The notes: generated from the sequence alone by a model not told the origin. A stretch of DNA of 40,061 bases from Bigelowiella natans CCMP2755 (GCA_000320545.1 ADNK01000901.1:1-40061); one strand, 5' to 3'. Shown: positions 1-14,442, counted from the first letter of the stretch. Program-made: numbers and translations.

Positions 1-96
1 GGGGGGGGGAGTGGAAGACCATCATCATCATCATTATCATCATCATCATCATCATCATCATCATCTTTGTTATTAAAGATAGCGTAATATGATAAG

Positions 97-186
97 GTTC
101 ACCCTGATCTAATAGAGTTACATACTGACGTAACAAATGGTTTGGATAGGCTAACTGTTAAGGTAGTACCAGTAGTAGTTGTAGTA

Positions 187-223
<37 letters not shown>

Positions 224-1007
224 GCCAGCATACCGTCAACATCATTGCTTCAGAAGTAAGTTATGATATGTATGTGAGGAGGTCTTGTTTATAAATAACA
301 TCATGTACTAGCATATATAGTATTGCTGTTACTATTACTAGTACTATTATTTGTGTTGTTATTGTTGTTGTAGGTGCGTCCTACTGTTCCACATTGCAGT
401 GTAGCATCACTAATAGGCTTATGCATACATCTCACATTGTCAAGGTACTCACTATCATCATCAACATCATACGTAATATCCTATTTCAGTGCAGTACAGC
501 AACCATCAAATGTTGGCTAGATGGTTATAGTGTCGTTAGTTGTATTATCGTCTCAGTGCACTTCATTGTTCTTCAACATGATGTAATAACTCTTTTTTAT
601 CACAGATATTTAGATATTGATCGTGTAAAGTTGTCCGTTCGCATGGCTGAAGGGTCTCACAACCAAGAGGAAGATGTCAATGCCCAATTAGCGGTAGTAG
701 TAGTAGTAGTAGTAGTAGTAGTGAAAGGTGAGACCAACGACAAAGGCATATAGTAGAAGCAGTAGTAGTACTAGTAGTAGTAGTAGCAGTAGTATGTGCG
801 GAGATAGTCGAGCTGCATGCATATGCTCATTATCAATACTGCAAATCGGTGCCGATTGATTTCCACTCACATTCTCACGAAGTAAGATACATCTTCTCTG
901 TGTGTTAATTATCTTAGGATAAGGAGAGAGTCAGTGCTGCTCTTGAAAACAAAGCACTTCTAGAACGATTAGAAACGATGATGATTTTGTGTGGTACTAA
1001 AAGTTGA
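97..1007 (+). CDS. CIAO2B: Cytosolic iron-sulfur assembly component 2 (MIP18/FAM96 family), 5' part outside window; exons 97-162, 374-444, 606-693, 918-1007
   Basis: Spliced translation ...LTVKVRPTVPHCSVASLIGLCIHLTLSRYLDIDRVKLSVRMAEGSHNQEEDVNAQLADKERVSAALENKALLERLETMMILCGTKS* matches the family motifs PTxPHCS-A-LIGL and G-H--E--VN-QLADKERV-AALEN. All junctions are GT-AG and phase-compatible. Confidence 0.92.
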
Positions 1008-1824
1008 TGCTTTGACGGATTGTCTCCCACTTGTATATATACAACATTATCATGCTACATGATACAGAAAGTGATTATGCAGTACAATGGTTTGTATATA
1101 GTTTCTACTGCGTAGCGTATTTATATGTTGTCGGTCATTACTGTACGAGCTAACAAAGCTGCTTTCGTAATAATGTGGTGGATGTTTTTTCGTATCCACT
1201 TCTATAACTTCATGCTATGCGACACATGTTTTGTCTATTGCACACGCTTGCGTAGCACATACGATCTACGTAAGATTGGATATACGACGGCTGAGGACAA
1301 TGTGAGTCGTTACCATACGATGCACTACATCTTGCATCTATGCATCATGCGCTTTGTGCATGCAATACTAGATATTATAACTGTTACATGTTATGACTTG
1401 CTACATTACAGCCAACAAGCCTTTCTAAGCTTTGTGTACGTATGCTGACATCACGTACGTGTGGAACTTGTATGTGCAACTGCTATACTGTGTAACATGT
1501 ACATATAGGCACATGCGCGCCTTTTCTGTGCTACCTCGCATCGCCCTTGTTATAGCGCACGTACAAATAAGACGACACTAGCACTTCTGGGCGGAGTCCA
1601 CATGCATGTTGCATTATAACTGTACATGCATATGATGTAACCTACACGGCTAGATGGTGACATATGATGTCTAAATGTGCATGCCAATACCTCATGCTGT
1701 GTGTGCATGTATTGTATCTCTATGTGCCTATGTACCAATAGGTGACGTGATAAGATAATAAATGGACAAGACGACTGTTGCTACTTCTCCTTCTTCTTAC
1801 GATATCTTGCTAGATTTGCTATTA
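1008..1824. other. Convergent intergenic tract rich in alternating purine/pyrimidine palindromic 4-6mers
   Basis: Dense TGCA, CATG, GTAC and TAGC words (e.g. aacatgtacatataggcacatgcgcgc at about 1494-1520), with no microsatellites and no credible ORF. Confidence 0.6.
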
Positions 1825-2332
1825 TCATCGCATTGGCGGTGCTGACGGCCTTTGTTTGGTATCTGCACCACCATAATATCTTCTCACACCCTTGGCTTCT
1901 TCCTCTCCTAAAGCTCCTGAGTTGTGCCCCGCTAGCAATTCAGGGCCTGATGTCAGTCATTATTAGAGGAAACAAAAGGGGATGAGGACTAAAATAACAC
2001 TAACACATCAAATGGACAGCTATAAATAGTAAGTTGTAGCAGCAGCATCATCACTGCATTGATGCCTACTATATAATACGAGCGTGTATAGTGTTTTCAT
2101 GATTTGGTCCTTCTCCAGTCTCCAACGACTCCGATACTGCGAACAACAGTGATGCTACTAATTATCTACATGTTACTATGGTTGTTGTTGTTGTGGTTAT
2201 CACCATTATTGTGCACTAAATGAGCTTCTTGTATGACGGCACAACAGCAGCATAGTCCGCAAGAGTACACACACCAATCACAGAAACAATTTTTCCTAAA
2301 TCATGGAAGGTAGAGTTAGTAGGTAGATAGAC

Positions 2333-2364
<32 letters not shown>

Positions 2365-3075
2365 CAAAACAACTATGCAAATTATTTATTACAACTTTAT
2401 TTATCACAAAATCTGAAATCTCATGCATATATTACTGTGTAATCCACATCTGCTCTCCTCCTCCTCCTCCTCCTCCTTCTCCTACTACTACTTGAACTAA
2501 TATTACTACTATCTGCTTCTCTTAAAATGTACTACCGGAAAGGGTTAAGACAGGTTACTTTGAATGTCTCGAATATGCAATTATCATCCTTCCACTCGGT
2601 CTATGTAATGATGATGACGATGATGATAATGATGATGATGGATGCACAAACAACAGCAAAGAGTATACCTACAATACACCGATGATACGTTAGCATGATA
2701 CGTCAGCATGATAATAGCATCAAAGAAATTCAAAGTGTGATGACACAGGCACGCACTCTGAGGTGGTATTTGGAACGAAGGCGCATCCTATTTATTGGCC
2801 CGACAATCGGCATTGCAACCGCGTACTAGCATCATATTCATTACAAACATAAGATTCATGATCACGGAAGGATGTGGTCATCATAGAAGAAGAAGAATAA
2901 AAATGAAGAAGCTTTAATAAAGAAAAGGAGGAGCACATCGTAGTATTGTTTTTCTTGATAATAAGATGCATAATAAGCACTTTGTTCTTTTGTTATCATC
3001 AAGGATAGGGATGGGGCTCCAAGCATATTTAGTTGTTGTTGTTGTTGTTGTACTACTTCTACAACTACAACAAAA

Positions 3076-3113
<38 letters not shown>

Positions 3114-4380
3114 TAGCAAAAATCATGGTAAATTGAGGTGATAAGATACTCAAGAAGTAGAGTGAGGGCTTCAGTAAATCAATCATGGTAAATGATGGTC
3201 ATGTTGGAGGGGATCATAGTAAAAATAAATATTAGATTAATAACAGTAGTAGTAGCAATCATCGTCACGCTCGTCGTCGTTGTTGTCGTGTTATTGGAGG
3301 AATGAGCACGTGTCGTGATGTTCTCCTTCTACTTCTTTGCAACAACGTATTATCGATAGCAAAATCATGATTCATTATATACCGCAATACAGCACAACGG
3401 ACAGCTGTCTCCGAGGCCATCCTGAGCAGCAGGGTCAAGAAGCATTAACAAAAAAGAGTATTCAATGATGAAAACAACTCTTTACGTGGTGTCTATCATT
3501 TTTTTCTTATCGTTATCGATGTTTTTTGCTATGTTACCCTCATTGTCATTCCTGCAAGAACACACGGGAAGCAACACCCAAGGATGCACTCTACGAAGAG
3601 TAGCGCAATAGTGACAAACAATAGCACATGTTGTAACACATACAACGCACACATAACACACACATACACAGCATAGTTGCTAAGATCATTAGGTAGTTCT
3701 ACTGGTGCTTGGGTTGATATATTTCTTTATATATATCTCTCTAACTGAAGTATTGCTGTTGCATGGACTTTTGAGTGGAAGGGCCAATGAAAAAGACTCA
3801 CGACAAACGAATCGGCATCATCTACCGCATTGAAGGAGCGGGCAGCAGGATATGATGTAAATGCAAGATGAGCAAGTAGCAAGTAGAGCGAGGAGGAGGA
3901 GGGTAGCGACCAAGATATCATGCCATAAGCAACATACAACCATTTTACTGCCTGATCCTCTTCGCAAAGATTGATCTAGCTGGTTCATCATCATCATTAT
4001 CATCATCACAATCAAACGTGAAGTTACTCACTACTGGTTCCAATATTTGTCCTTTCATAAACCCACAAGTCAACATATTCATCTCGACTCTGATGATGAT
4101 GATAATAATGATAATGAAAATGATGATCGACTCTGATGATGATGACAACAATGATAATGATAATGATGATGATGATGATGATGGACATGATGACGATGGC
4201 GATGATGATGAGGGATCAGAGTGACTTGGAAGCATATCTAACATAACTACTACACCTTTCCCAAGCAGAACCCATCCTGAGGTCTACAAAGCTGCCAGAC
4301 TTGATCACCATTACCGAATAGCCTTGTAGCATTATTTCAAATGACAAAGCAGAAGGGCTGCAGCTCAGGAAGCAGAGACA

Positions 4381-4426
<46 letters not shown>

Positions 4427-4505
4427 GAAATCAGAGTTGAACATCACCAGGGCATTCTGAGGTCCTCCTTCGTCCCGAAACACGCTCCTCCCTTGGAGTC
4501 TAGAT
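1825..4505 (-). CDS. PLAC8 (Cys-rich) domain protein, multi-exon; 5' end uncertain. Supported exons include 3538-3590, 3383-3421, 2757-2825, 2536-2600, 2204-2295; stop at 1825-1827
   Basis: Exons translate to ECILGCCFPCVLAGMTMR / DGLGDSCPLCCIA / YAVAMPIVGPINRMRLRSKYHLR / TEWKDDNCIFETFKVTCLNPFR / KNCFCDWCVYSCGLCCCCAVIQEAHLV. These give the CCFPC, RxxLRxKY and CxxCAxxQEA hallmarks of PLAC8. The middle and 5' exons are only partly resolved. Confidence 0.75.
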
Positions 4506-5018
4506 CTAACAGGAGAAGAAGTAGACGATGAAGGAGGAGGAGGAGGAGATACAACCAATTCGAAATTCAAACATCATCCACACTACTCGGTAAACTACTA
4601 ACTAACATGAGGGTCTCCAGAGGGTCTCCGAGACTAGACCAATATCTCCAGAGATTCTTCAACGCTTTTCTTTTAACATGCGTCGTAAATCTCCAGATAT
4701 TCTCTGAGATTTTGTTCCAAGCAAAGCCAGCCGCACTTCGACCACCTCAACCAGCGGGGGGGACAGCTATTACTCTGCACCAAATATCTACTACTACTAC
4801 TACTACTGCTACAAAATAGTAGCAGTAGCTCCTACATACATCATAGGGATATCAGAGTACTACCTTAGCCGAACACTGTCAATCAACCATCAGGAGACCT
4901 GGGAAAGTCCAATGTACCGTGGCGACGAGCATTAGACGGAGCACTGAAACAAGCGAGCGATCAGAGTCAGCCACAGAAGAAGGAAAAGGAGGCGGCGTTG
5001 CACAGACCTGCTATCAGA

Positions 5019-6917
5019 ATGATGGATGTTACAGCCAGCGATGAAGACAACATGAAGAGTAGAATTGGGGATGAAAGCGCCGTCGGCGGTACAAGGTCGA
5101 TGGCACAAGGCGGTGTTGAGCAGCCAACATTGAGGACAGCAAATGCAATAAAGTTGCAGGATCAGAAGAAGATTCATACTGATGATAGTGATGGTGATAC
5201 GAGCCACCATAATCAGAAAAAGAAAGCTGAGATGGTAATTCTGATATATGACGTCGCTAAGAAGAAGAACATTGGAACGATTATAAGATCTGCAGTTGCC
5301 TTCGGGGTATCCAAGATTCTCGTTGTCGGCCAGGTATGATAGCCTGCTGCTACTGCTGCTAATGCTGCTGCTGTTGGTGCCCAATAGGATTGAGCAAACC
5401 GTCGTTGATGTATATACACATATTATATATATATATATATATATATATTATCAATTAAGAATTCAAGTGCTTCTTTGACTGAATATCGCAGAAAAGAAAT
5501 CTCAAGACTTTTGGCCACCAGAGAACAAGAAATTTCATGCAGGTAGGGAGTACATGGAAAGTAATCGACGAAAATATGGTGAACAGCACTCATCAATGAA
5601 CGAGCTCCTCGCACTTGTGTCTCACCACTTACTCACACTCATCACGCAGTAGTACAATTATATGATGTCGGTATGTTCTCATCATCATATCAATCAGTTC
5701 ATATACTTTGAGAAACTAGAGGAGGCTGTCAAGCATTTGAAAGACTCAAATTTTGAAATACTGGGATGCGAAATATGCGATTCTGCGAAGTCTGTTGTCT
5801 CACATCCATTTCGAGGAAACACAGCTTTCATGTTTGGCAATGAGGTAGTAGGAGTAGCAATGGTAGTACAAGGAGGGAAAAACGATGATGCGAATACGAT
5901 TTACACAGCCCAATAGTGATTGTTATAGAAGAGTGGCAATAGTAAGATGAAGTACATACAATAATCAGGGCTCTGGGATGAATGCGAAAGCGCTAAAAGC
6001 ATGTGATAGATTCATGTACGACCCCCGCTTAACGTTCAAAATATGATGATGATGATAATGATGATGATGATGACGATGGCCAAACTCATGATGATCTTGT
6101 TGGAGGGGTTTTGATAAATGATTATCTTTTAAGATACATACCACAACATGGGCATGGAACAGCATCTCTCAACGTCAGTGTAGCAGCCTCGATTATTCTC
6201 CATCATTTTGCCGTATGGGCATGCTATCATGAAACAGGAAGGTAATGGAAGTAAAAGTAGTAACATCTAGTATCCGTATGAGTGAATTTCAACTTCGTAT
6301 CGTACCGCTGAGAAGATAATCATGATCTTATTGTTCGTCATCATCGTCGTCAGCGTTGTAATTATTATGCTGGTGTGGGTGTCTATATCTCTTTATGTGC
6401 CTACTACTACTACTATAAAGGGAAGGATACAAATTTGTTGTTGATGAAGCTAAGAAGGTTGCAGAGCCCCATAAAAACTTCCGTCCTACGGAGAAAGATT
6501 TACATCGGCAGAGGAGAATACAAGCACGAGAAGCCAAACTAAGGTGCTTGAAGGGAAAGTAATAGTAGTAGTAGCAGCAGCAGCAGCAGCAGTAGTTCTT
6601 CGCGCTTCTATACAATAATCGAAACACAAGCGGGAAAACCGTAAGAAAAGAAATATTTGTCTTAGAATTTGAAGGAACAGTCAGTAGGTTTTGTATTGAT
6701 CATTCATTGGCATTTCATCTGTGCTTTTGTATCGTGTAGAGAAGAACAACGGGAACAACATCAACAGTATCAGACGTCGTCTACAGGAGGACCATCTTCT
6801 AGTTCTTCGCATAGTGATGAAGCTGTCGCTCAACCACCCATGAAAAAACGACAAGTCTGTGAAACCGCTGTTGCCGTAGCAACTGTCATTTCCTCTTCCT
6901 CCAACGCCATGAAATGA
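5019..6917 (+). CDS. SpoU/TrmH-family (SPOUT) RNA 2'-O-methyltransferase; exons 5019-5333, 5492-5542, 5698-5844, 5969-6015, 6134-6241, 6421-6543, 6740-6917
   Basis: SPOUT motifs KKKNIGTIIRSAVAFG, FMFGNEGSG and YIPQHGHGTASLNVSVAASIILH assemble across seven phase-compatible GT-AG exons. Confidence 0.93.
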
Positions 6918-7483
6918 AGAAGCAGCAGAGTGCCAACAATTTGCATTATATTTGCAAGAACACTCGAGCTGCCAAACTATAAGAGTTCCACAGAGCTAGC
7001 AGGATAATAGGTCACAACCCCATAGCATGCCTGCATGTCTAGATGTACGATGAGTTTAAACATGCACGACGACGACTGTGAATGTTACAGTTACGTTGCC
7101 GATAATTTGCCTCTTAGATATCTTCCTGGTATACCAGTTTTACCGTGCGTTTTTGCCATGTTTGATGCTTGTAAATGATGACCGATCAACATTATTGCTC
7201 TGCCACTCGGAGGTTATTCCTTCGTAATTGCATGCAGATACATGTAGATGTACATCGTAGCTAAGCATGCGGCATGCAACGACGGATACGATCTAGCGAT
7301 GTTCACATGTAAATGAAGAGAGTGAGCGCATGCACATATAATACATGCATCACCGCTGTAAGACTAGATGAGGTAGAGCTGTCCAAATTCATCGAAGCAG
7401 AGATCGCAGCAGCGGTGAGCTAGAGATGTACGTGTTCTCAACATCAATCCAAAAGTAATTGTAAGCCTAGAAGTGTCGATCAC
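6918..7483. other. Convergent intergenic tract rich in alternating purine/pyrimidine palindromic words
   Basis: Example: gcatgcagatacatgtagatgtacatcgtagctaagcatgcggcatgc at about 7231-7278. Confidence 0.6.
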
Positions 7484-10400
7484 TCATGTGTTAGTCTTCA
7501 CCGGAGGCCATTTTTTCCTCCTAACTGCTGCTCTTTTTTTGTTTGATTCTTCATGAGCATTGTCGACAATGTCGCTTCGGCTTGCTTTTGGAACAGCAAC
7601 GCTGCCAGAAAATTTGTGTTTCAGTGCTTCAATTTTGCTCGCTTTTTTTGTAGCACTAATCCTTCGCCTACTATTTCCCGTGAGCCCGGCAGATTTTGCT
7701 TTCGATTCTTGCTTAGGACTTGATTTGGCTGCTGAAGTGGTAGCTTCCTTATGCTCTTTTGAAGAAATGTTTTTAATTCCTACTATTTTTTTCCTCATCA
7801 GACTGCTTTTTGTTGCTTTCATCATGCTAGAGGTTTTAGCTACGCTGAAGCTTCTTGATAGCTCCCTGACCAATGAAACTGGTGACGCGGGGCGTGCGTT
7901 TGTATAAGATGAGGAACTGTTGCTATTTTGGAGACTAGTTTCTTTAAATTTCGATTTCTCTCTAACATCTTGAGATCTTGCCGGTTTTTGAGCCTGTGCG
8001 CCAATGTCGTCTTTAATGGCACTATCCATACTATATCCTTCGATGAGTTTCATGTTCAATTGGACCAACCTTCGAGCCGGTGGTGGAGGAGGAACTATAG
8101 CTGTGTCAACGGTCTCAGGCGGTAAGGGAATTGCTCCATTGACTTTCTGTCGTCGTGGAGATATGATCGGAAGAGAATAGGAACTGGTTTCATGATGGCT
8201 ATGAGATGTGGAGGGGACGGTAGAGTTAATCTCATGATGGCGAGCAGATGTGGACTGAGGAGATAGGAAGGGAGGAGGGGATCCAGAGTTTTGCGCACTA
8301 TCAATTAGCAGAGGAGATCGTTTGTCAATTTCCTGCTTATTTCCAACAAATTTAGTAGGATGTAGTGTAGCAGAGGCCGGGACATCTTCCTCCATCTCCG
8401 ATGACGCACTGAAAGTATCCCACGACATCAAGAAGAGTGCAACTAATATCGAATTGTGATTACCTAATTCTATTCGGCGTTGAGCCACTAACGCTGCCTC
8501 GAGGCGTCACGTCTAGAGGCATTTCTTCGTTCTGTAGTATAAAAGAATTGTATATTCACTACTAATCTTCCTTGTAATTATGAAATAATATGATAATGGA
8601 AGATAGTTACCATATTATCTGTCTCAATATGATGACTAATGACATGCCTCATTGTTGCGGTAATAAGCTTGTGGGGTATCTGTGTAATTAACATTATGTT
8701 GCATATGATAGCTCAATTTCCACTAATCTCACCTTCCACTCAAATGATTTGGTTTCTGTGGCTGCTCCATATATTTTAGTCCCCCCTAGTACAAGCAGCG
8801 TGAAAAGGCAATATGCTAATTAAACTTAGATTTAGTTACCTTGATTGCTCGACACCTTAGGATAGAGGAGGTCAAGTTCACTCTTAAATTAACAAACCAC
8901 ACATATATTTCCGACATGAAAGATTAGTTTATTTGATTTATTCTAACCATAGCATCCGGAATATATGTCCTCAAATGGGTACCCAAGTGAGGAGAGGAAT
9001 TCGGGAGACTCTGCATTACTCAGCTAAGATTAATATATCCCAAACTATTCAATCTATAATAAAAACCTGAAGATATTTGAGTAGCTCAACTACAAACGTC
9101 TTACGATCTCTGTCCTTGTTTTGCTGTGTTATAAATGTTGAAATTACTACAAGCTTGAGGTTGCAATAATTGTGTTTAGGTTGAATCTAAATTTGAAAGA
9201 CCTTCGATAATTTTCGAATTGATAATAGGAACTTAATCTGGAGGTTTAATACATACATTAGAAAACTCGACAAACTATTAACTCAAGTGACAATGAACTA
9301 CTTCCTCGAGGATAGAAATGTCAAACTTCGATGACCACAAGGTTCGGTCACTATTGCTCGAAGCAACTGACTTGCTGAGGGTACAGAAATATAGCAGCTG
9401 CAAAATGTAACGAATACAAGGAAAAATTATACTGACTCATATGCGTGGTATATAACCACCAAGAGATGAATGACTGTGTCTATAATCCTTATAACCTACA
9501 TAAAAGGCCCTATTAATATTGATTTTTTAAAACTAATTGGAAAGTAGAAAGCAACCTTCTTCCAGGATTTTGTGTCATTTGTCATATTTTTAAGCATCCC
9601 TTCTTTGCGTTCTTCATGTGTTACTGACAAAATCTTAAACATTGAATACTCAAATTAGTGTGCAAAAATTGGGTCGCAAAATTTGGGGTGAGATCTATGG
9701 AACCATTGAATATAAAAGCTCTCTAGCAACGAGGAAAAGTGCGTCAGCCCGCGTCTGTCGAGTTGATTTTCCGATATCTAGGATAACAATAATCAGTTAC
9801 ACCGTACAATTCAATGCTACCTAATTCTTACTCGATGCAGACAAGAACGAAGATTCTGCTCTACTGTGGTAACTTGCAGCTTGGAAGAAAGAAGCATTTG
9901 TAATCAAACGAGTCACGAAGAATAGAGTTCGTTCAAGCTCTAGGTCGCTGTTTTATTAAAACAAGATATAGATTTAGATCGAATAGCATTCGCCAAGAAC
10001 TCAAATTCATAATGTAGCCTACGTTCGTATCAAAATATATGAGAACGTACTTGTTTTCAATTAACAGTGAATCGTGGCGATGGATTAATGCAAAAATTCC
10101 AACCCCGAGCTTCACTATGCGGGGGTTCTAACAAAATTAAAAAAAGAAGTTTATGTTCCACATCCCACTACAATCAGCTTTCTAACGAACCAGAAGCATT
10201 AATGACGACAGATTGGCACTTAAATTTTTGGAACTCGAAGTATCACTTCCACTTCCCCAACTTTTCGAAGAAGTTTTACTCTCTTCGATACTTGAGTTTT
10301 GTCTCTGGTTGTGTTCAGGTTCAATCTTTGATGTCAGGTGCACCTGCACGATCATTATGATCATCATTATCACAAAAATTAATAAATGTTAAATTTCATG

Positions 10401-13400
10401 TCGTTACTTCAGCAGTTGGGCTGAAAAGTGGTAGAAGCCAATGCTGCCAAGTTTCCGCACCGTGAGCAAGAAAAAGCTAGGGAATGATATCAAAACTGAG
10501 CCATAAAATATCTATCGCAAAAGAACAAAATATACCTCTCTATTTTTCGGCACATTCAAGAATATGATTAGCTGTTTCAAACCTGTGTTCGATTTTATTG
10601 TTAAAATATACAAACTGGATTGCTGATGCTCTCATATACCGAATTCCGCAAGATCCTGAGATGTACTACTCAGTACATGTAAAATAACTGATACGATATA
10701 GGCATGCCTTAGCATTGTGCATCTTAGATAATTATTCGTGATGGTTATCAAGTGTACTAGGAAGAACTTCGGGAGCTTTTATCATTGGATAGAATTCATT
10801 GTGAGGTTGATGATATTTTCTGTGAAACAATTATGCGGGCCTAAGTTAAACAAGACATTTCATACACTGCTGTTTGTGCTAATTACTCCGTAGAGACTTT
10901 GCCCAAGAGAATCTCAAATAAGACGTGCAATATGCTGTTACACAACAGATTCATCAATTTATGACTGCTAATGCATCCGGTTACTCACCTAATATCAATC
11001 AGTTTCAACGCGACCATCTCTCGGACAATATCATCAAAGCTCACCGAAGTGCTAGTACCAAGAGCTAAATGTATCCTGGACTTAGTTCATGAATAAATCC
11101 AATAAAGAATGTATCTACAAAGTTCGGACCTTGCAAATATCCTATTGGAAGCGAATATTGTAATTTCTCTTGGCAACCTGTTGTGTCGATCATTTCAATC
11201 GCCCAGGCTATTTTCAAGGCCCAACAACGACAGGCAACATGATCTCTATTCTTTGTGCGATCCTTGTTTTTTATGGAGATTGCGGTTGATGTCCCTCGGG
11301 AATTTCTTCTGCAGCGTCATATCTTGTCACAAATTCGCGAAGAATTGACATTCCACGTATATATCTGTCCAGAACAGTTTTTTTTACTACTACTAGAATA
11401 GAAGCAAAAGATTTCCCCTTCTTACCGAAAGGCTTTCACAAAGTGCAAAATACAGTCTGAATAAAATTTTGAGACTTTCTTAAACTAAGATCGTGAGACA
11501 CTCAATGACTGTACATACTGTTCTCGCTACACTTGCATTCGTGTTTTTGTTCGATGCTTGCCTCGTCTTCACTTTTTTTTTCCCCTATTAGGGAAATTGA
11601 AAATTAGATTGTGATGTGTGATGAAGATATATAATTTCGTCATATTTCGACCGACCGTCAGATTTTGACTTTCCAAAGAACCCTTTGGAAGCAGGAGGCG
11701 GCTTTTCGTGACCTAAACGTAGTGTGTATTTTGGAAATCTAAGTCTATGAAAAGCAGGAATTACCTTCACCGCTTTCCGGTTTTGTGAATAGAAGACGCG
11801 TAATACTGATATAATGAATCGCTTAAGACCATAATAATTTCCTACATTCATGTTAACTGAACCAGATTATACTATGGTACCATTCTAAAGTGCAAAGGAT
11901 CCTTTCCGTTTTGCTTTTCAGCGCGAAATTCTTGTTTAGGGATTGAGCAGGAATATTGTATGATGCCACCTTTCAAAATTTTAATGTCACAAAGGCTCTA
12001 GTATCTGCTAATTTGTACCGAGCTCATGGCTGTTATCAAAGCATCGACGCTCATGCTATAACATTTCGTTTCGTCGAAACGAATAGGAATTCTATTTCCT
12101 CGCCCTAAATGGATTGCCATTAAGGTACAAACAAAAAGAACATGTTTTTCCAAACCTGATTTTTCTTCAGTGATATTGAAAGCATCGAATAATCTTTCGT
12201 GTGATTTGTTTTTTCGAATCAGCTCTCGAGGCTGCAAAGACTTTAAAAAAAGAAGAATGAAGATGTAAATTTGACTTCAAATCGATCGTTGGAACACTAC
12301 CTCCACCATTGAATTCCGTGTGATTATCCGCAGTATTTTATCGTTTGCTAGGACATGCTTGCAATGCTGCATAGAGCAACCAGATAAATTTGTAGGGAAA
12401 AGTAAAAACTGAAAACTAAAAATTAACTAAGTTGTTTACTATTTCTGAGGCCGAGAATCTTGTCAAAACGTTTCTAAAATGATGAAAGGATCTTTTACTT
12501 CGATCAATCAATCCGACTTTTCGTGTCACGATTCTATCTGAAACTGTATCCAGAATTTTAATATGAGCTGCACAGAAATCTGTTATTAAACAGCATATAA
12601 CATTGGAAGTGCACTTCAACATCCTGTGATCGGGAGTGAAAGTGGAGTGCTTTCAGTTGCGTAACATTAAAGCTTTTGGAGGGATTGTTACGTCCAATAT
12701 CGGCCCAGGTTCGGTAGAAATGAACCTAAAATGCAATTAACTAACTTCTGACCTTGGAGAGATGCAAATATTTATTTACCTTACGATAAAGTTTCTCTTT
12801 GGAGAGTGAGATAGTCATGTAAGCTTTTTGCGTTGTCATCTATTGGCCAAACCATGTGTCAGATATTGGCTGACAGTGTCTCGTTTTCCAATAATTTTGG
12901 CAAATTTCTAAACCGATTTCTTAATCAAAATCCGGAACGAATACATATTTGACTGCTGGGCCTGTTTGCAAGTTTCACAAACTCAGGATGTTAATCACCT
13001 ATTCTGAAATGTATCCAACCTTGTTGATTCTCAAACATCTCCTGAAGCTGTCATCTCCTTGCTTGGATGCGGATGCAAGTCTTTCAACTCGACTAGATAG
13101 ATACTAAATTTAACTTGTGCAACACTAACATCAAAACAAAAATTTTCATCTTACGCTTTTATTCTGGAGGGTAGCTCTCGTAGGCATTGGGATGCGAAGC
13201 AACGGTATGCGAAAAATTTTAACTCCTCCACAACCTCACAAAGAAGTGACGACAGGAGAGATTAATACCAAGCTGTGAGAATTGAAAAATAAAATTTGTA
13301 CACCTGATCTCTAATTGCCCAGTTTTCTATCCGAAATCGTAGACTGCCCATTCTGCTCGATAATAGTCTATTAGAACACTTCCCCTAGATTCATCACTAT

Positions 13401-14442
13401 TAAACCTTCGAGATGAAAGAATGAATTCAGGGTGCTTCGCATCTCCGTCCTGATGTTTTTGCAAGCAATAGTGAGCCTCGATTATGACATAGACTTTAGG
13501 AAAGGATACCCTTGCAGCCACTACATTATCATCAATCACTATTTCGGGTGGAGGGGGTTTGGGGCTTAGTAACTCCATTTCGTGAGGGCTGGCAGCTGAA
13601 CCTCTAGGACTTCTTGAGCTACTAGGATTCCTTAACAACCATTTACCATTTTTGGGGGGGGTTGTAGAAAGAAAATTTAATGTCTATTTTATTGCCTGTG
13701 ATGTTTCCGAGCGTGTGGGGAAGCTGGTTCATCAACATCCAAAATCTAAGCATGATAACCAAATCGTGGGAATCTACAATTGTCTTCCGCACAAATTTTT
13801 TCTGACCCTGAGCGTGTGGTTTGTAAAACTCAGCATCTTCGTTTTCCATCTGCCAGAAGAGAGCATTTTTGCATGAATAGCTTCTGGCTGCAATCTCGAG
13901 GGACTAAATCCAACAACAAGCTGCGACGGTTTTGCTGATATTGCTTCTCCCAACTGAACAATGATTAAGTTTCCAATTAAAAAATCATTAATTCATCATG
14001 TGGAAAACATAGTAATATGACCTGTTGATAATTGAACATTATACATTCGTGCAGCTCCTGGTCTACAGTTTTACTGCCTGTTCCTGATCCATTTATTTGC
14101 TGGCCCTTTTGAAAGCTTGAAAATCCATTTCGAAGTAAAGTCACCGCCTTTATCACCATCTCCGACATTCCATTACTGTCTGGAAGATCTGAACAGAGAT
14201 CTTGACACACAGGAAAAAGTGGTTTATTGAAGAATGCGCTCACGGAAGAAGCAAATTCACGTAGTTTGTACCGAACAGCTGATCTGTGAGGGCAAGGCCC
14301 TTTCTTCTGATGGCCGAGGTGTCCTCCATTAGCAAGGATCTTGCGGATACGCCGTGACAGCTTGGAGCTCACGATTGTAATTCGCTGGCTGTTTTCCTGC
14401 ACTATGTTCATGAAAATGTGCGGCACTAACTTTGTGCATCAT
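7484..14442 (-). CDS. Large hypothetical protein with many short introns and a long low-complexity Ser/Lys-rich last exon (about 7484-8450); may be more than one gene
   Basis: The last exon is open for more than 300 codons. Upstream open segments are bounded by GT..AG: MMHK|ENSQRITIVSSKLSRRIRKIL (34-nt intron 14397-14430), EIVIDDNVVAAR|DGDAKHPEFILSS (60-nt intron 13450-13509), RLLSSRMGSLRFRIENWAIRDQ, DLELERTLFFVTRLITNASFFQAA and QNKDRDRKTFVVELLKYLQ. No domain was recognised and the full exon chain is not resolved. Confidence 0.5.

Noticed and set aside
2216-4244. Homopolymeric ORFs (poly-I, V, S, D, M, H, Y) here and at 15591-18865 and 32430-38023
   Set aside because: They are produced by stop-free frames of intronic trinucleotide repeats. 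The real exons were found in other frames.
7560-8125. Plus-strand ORFs of 115 and 65 aa
   Set aside because: They are antisense to the long Ser/Lys-rich last exon at 7484-8450.
10019-10050. 32-nt GT..AG segment on the minus strand with 7-bp terminal inverted repeats (tacgttc/gaacgta), considered as an introner-like intron
   Set aside because: Splicing it leads to a stop soon after, while a downstream acceptor near 9954 gives a longer open exon. It is a single short inverted repeat and compatible with chance.
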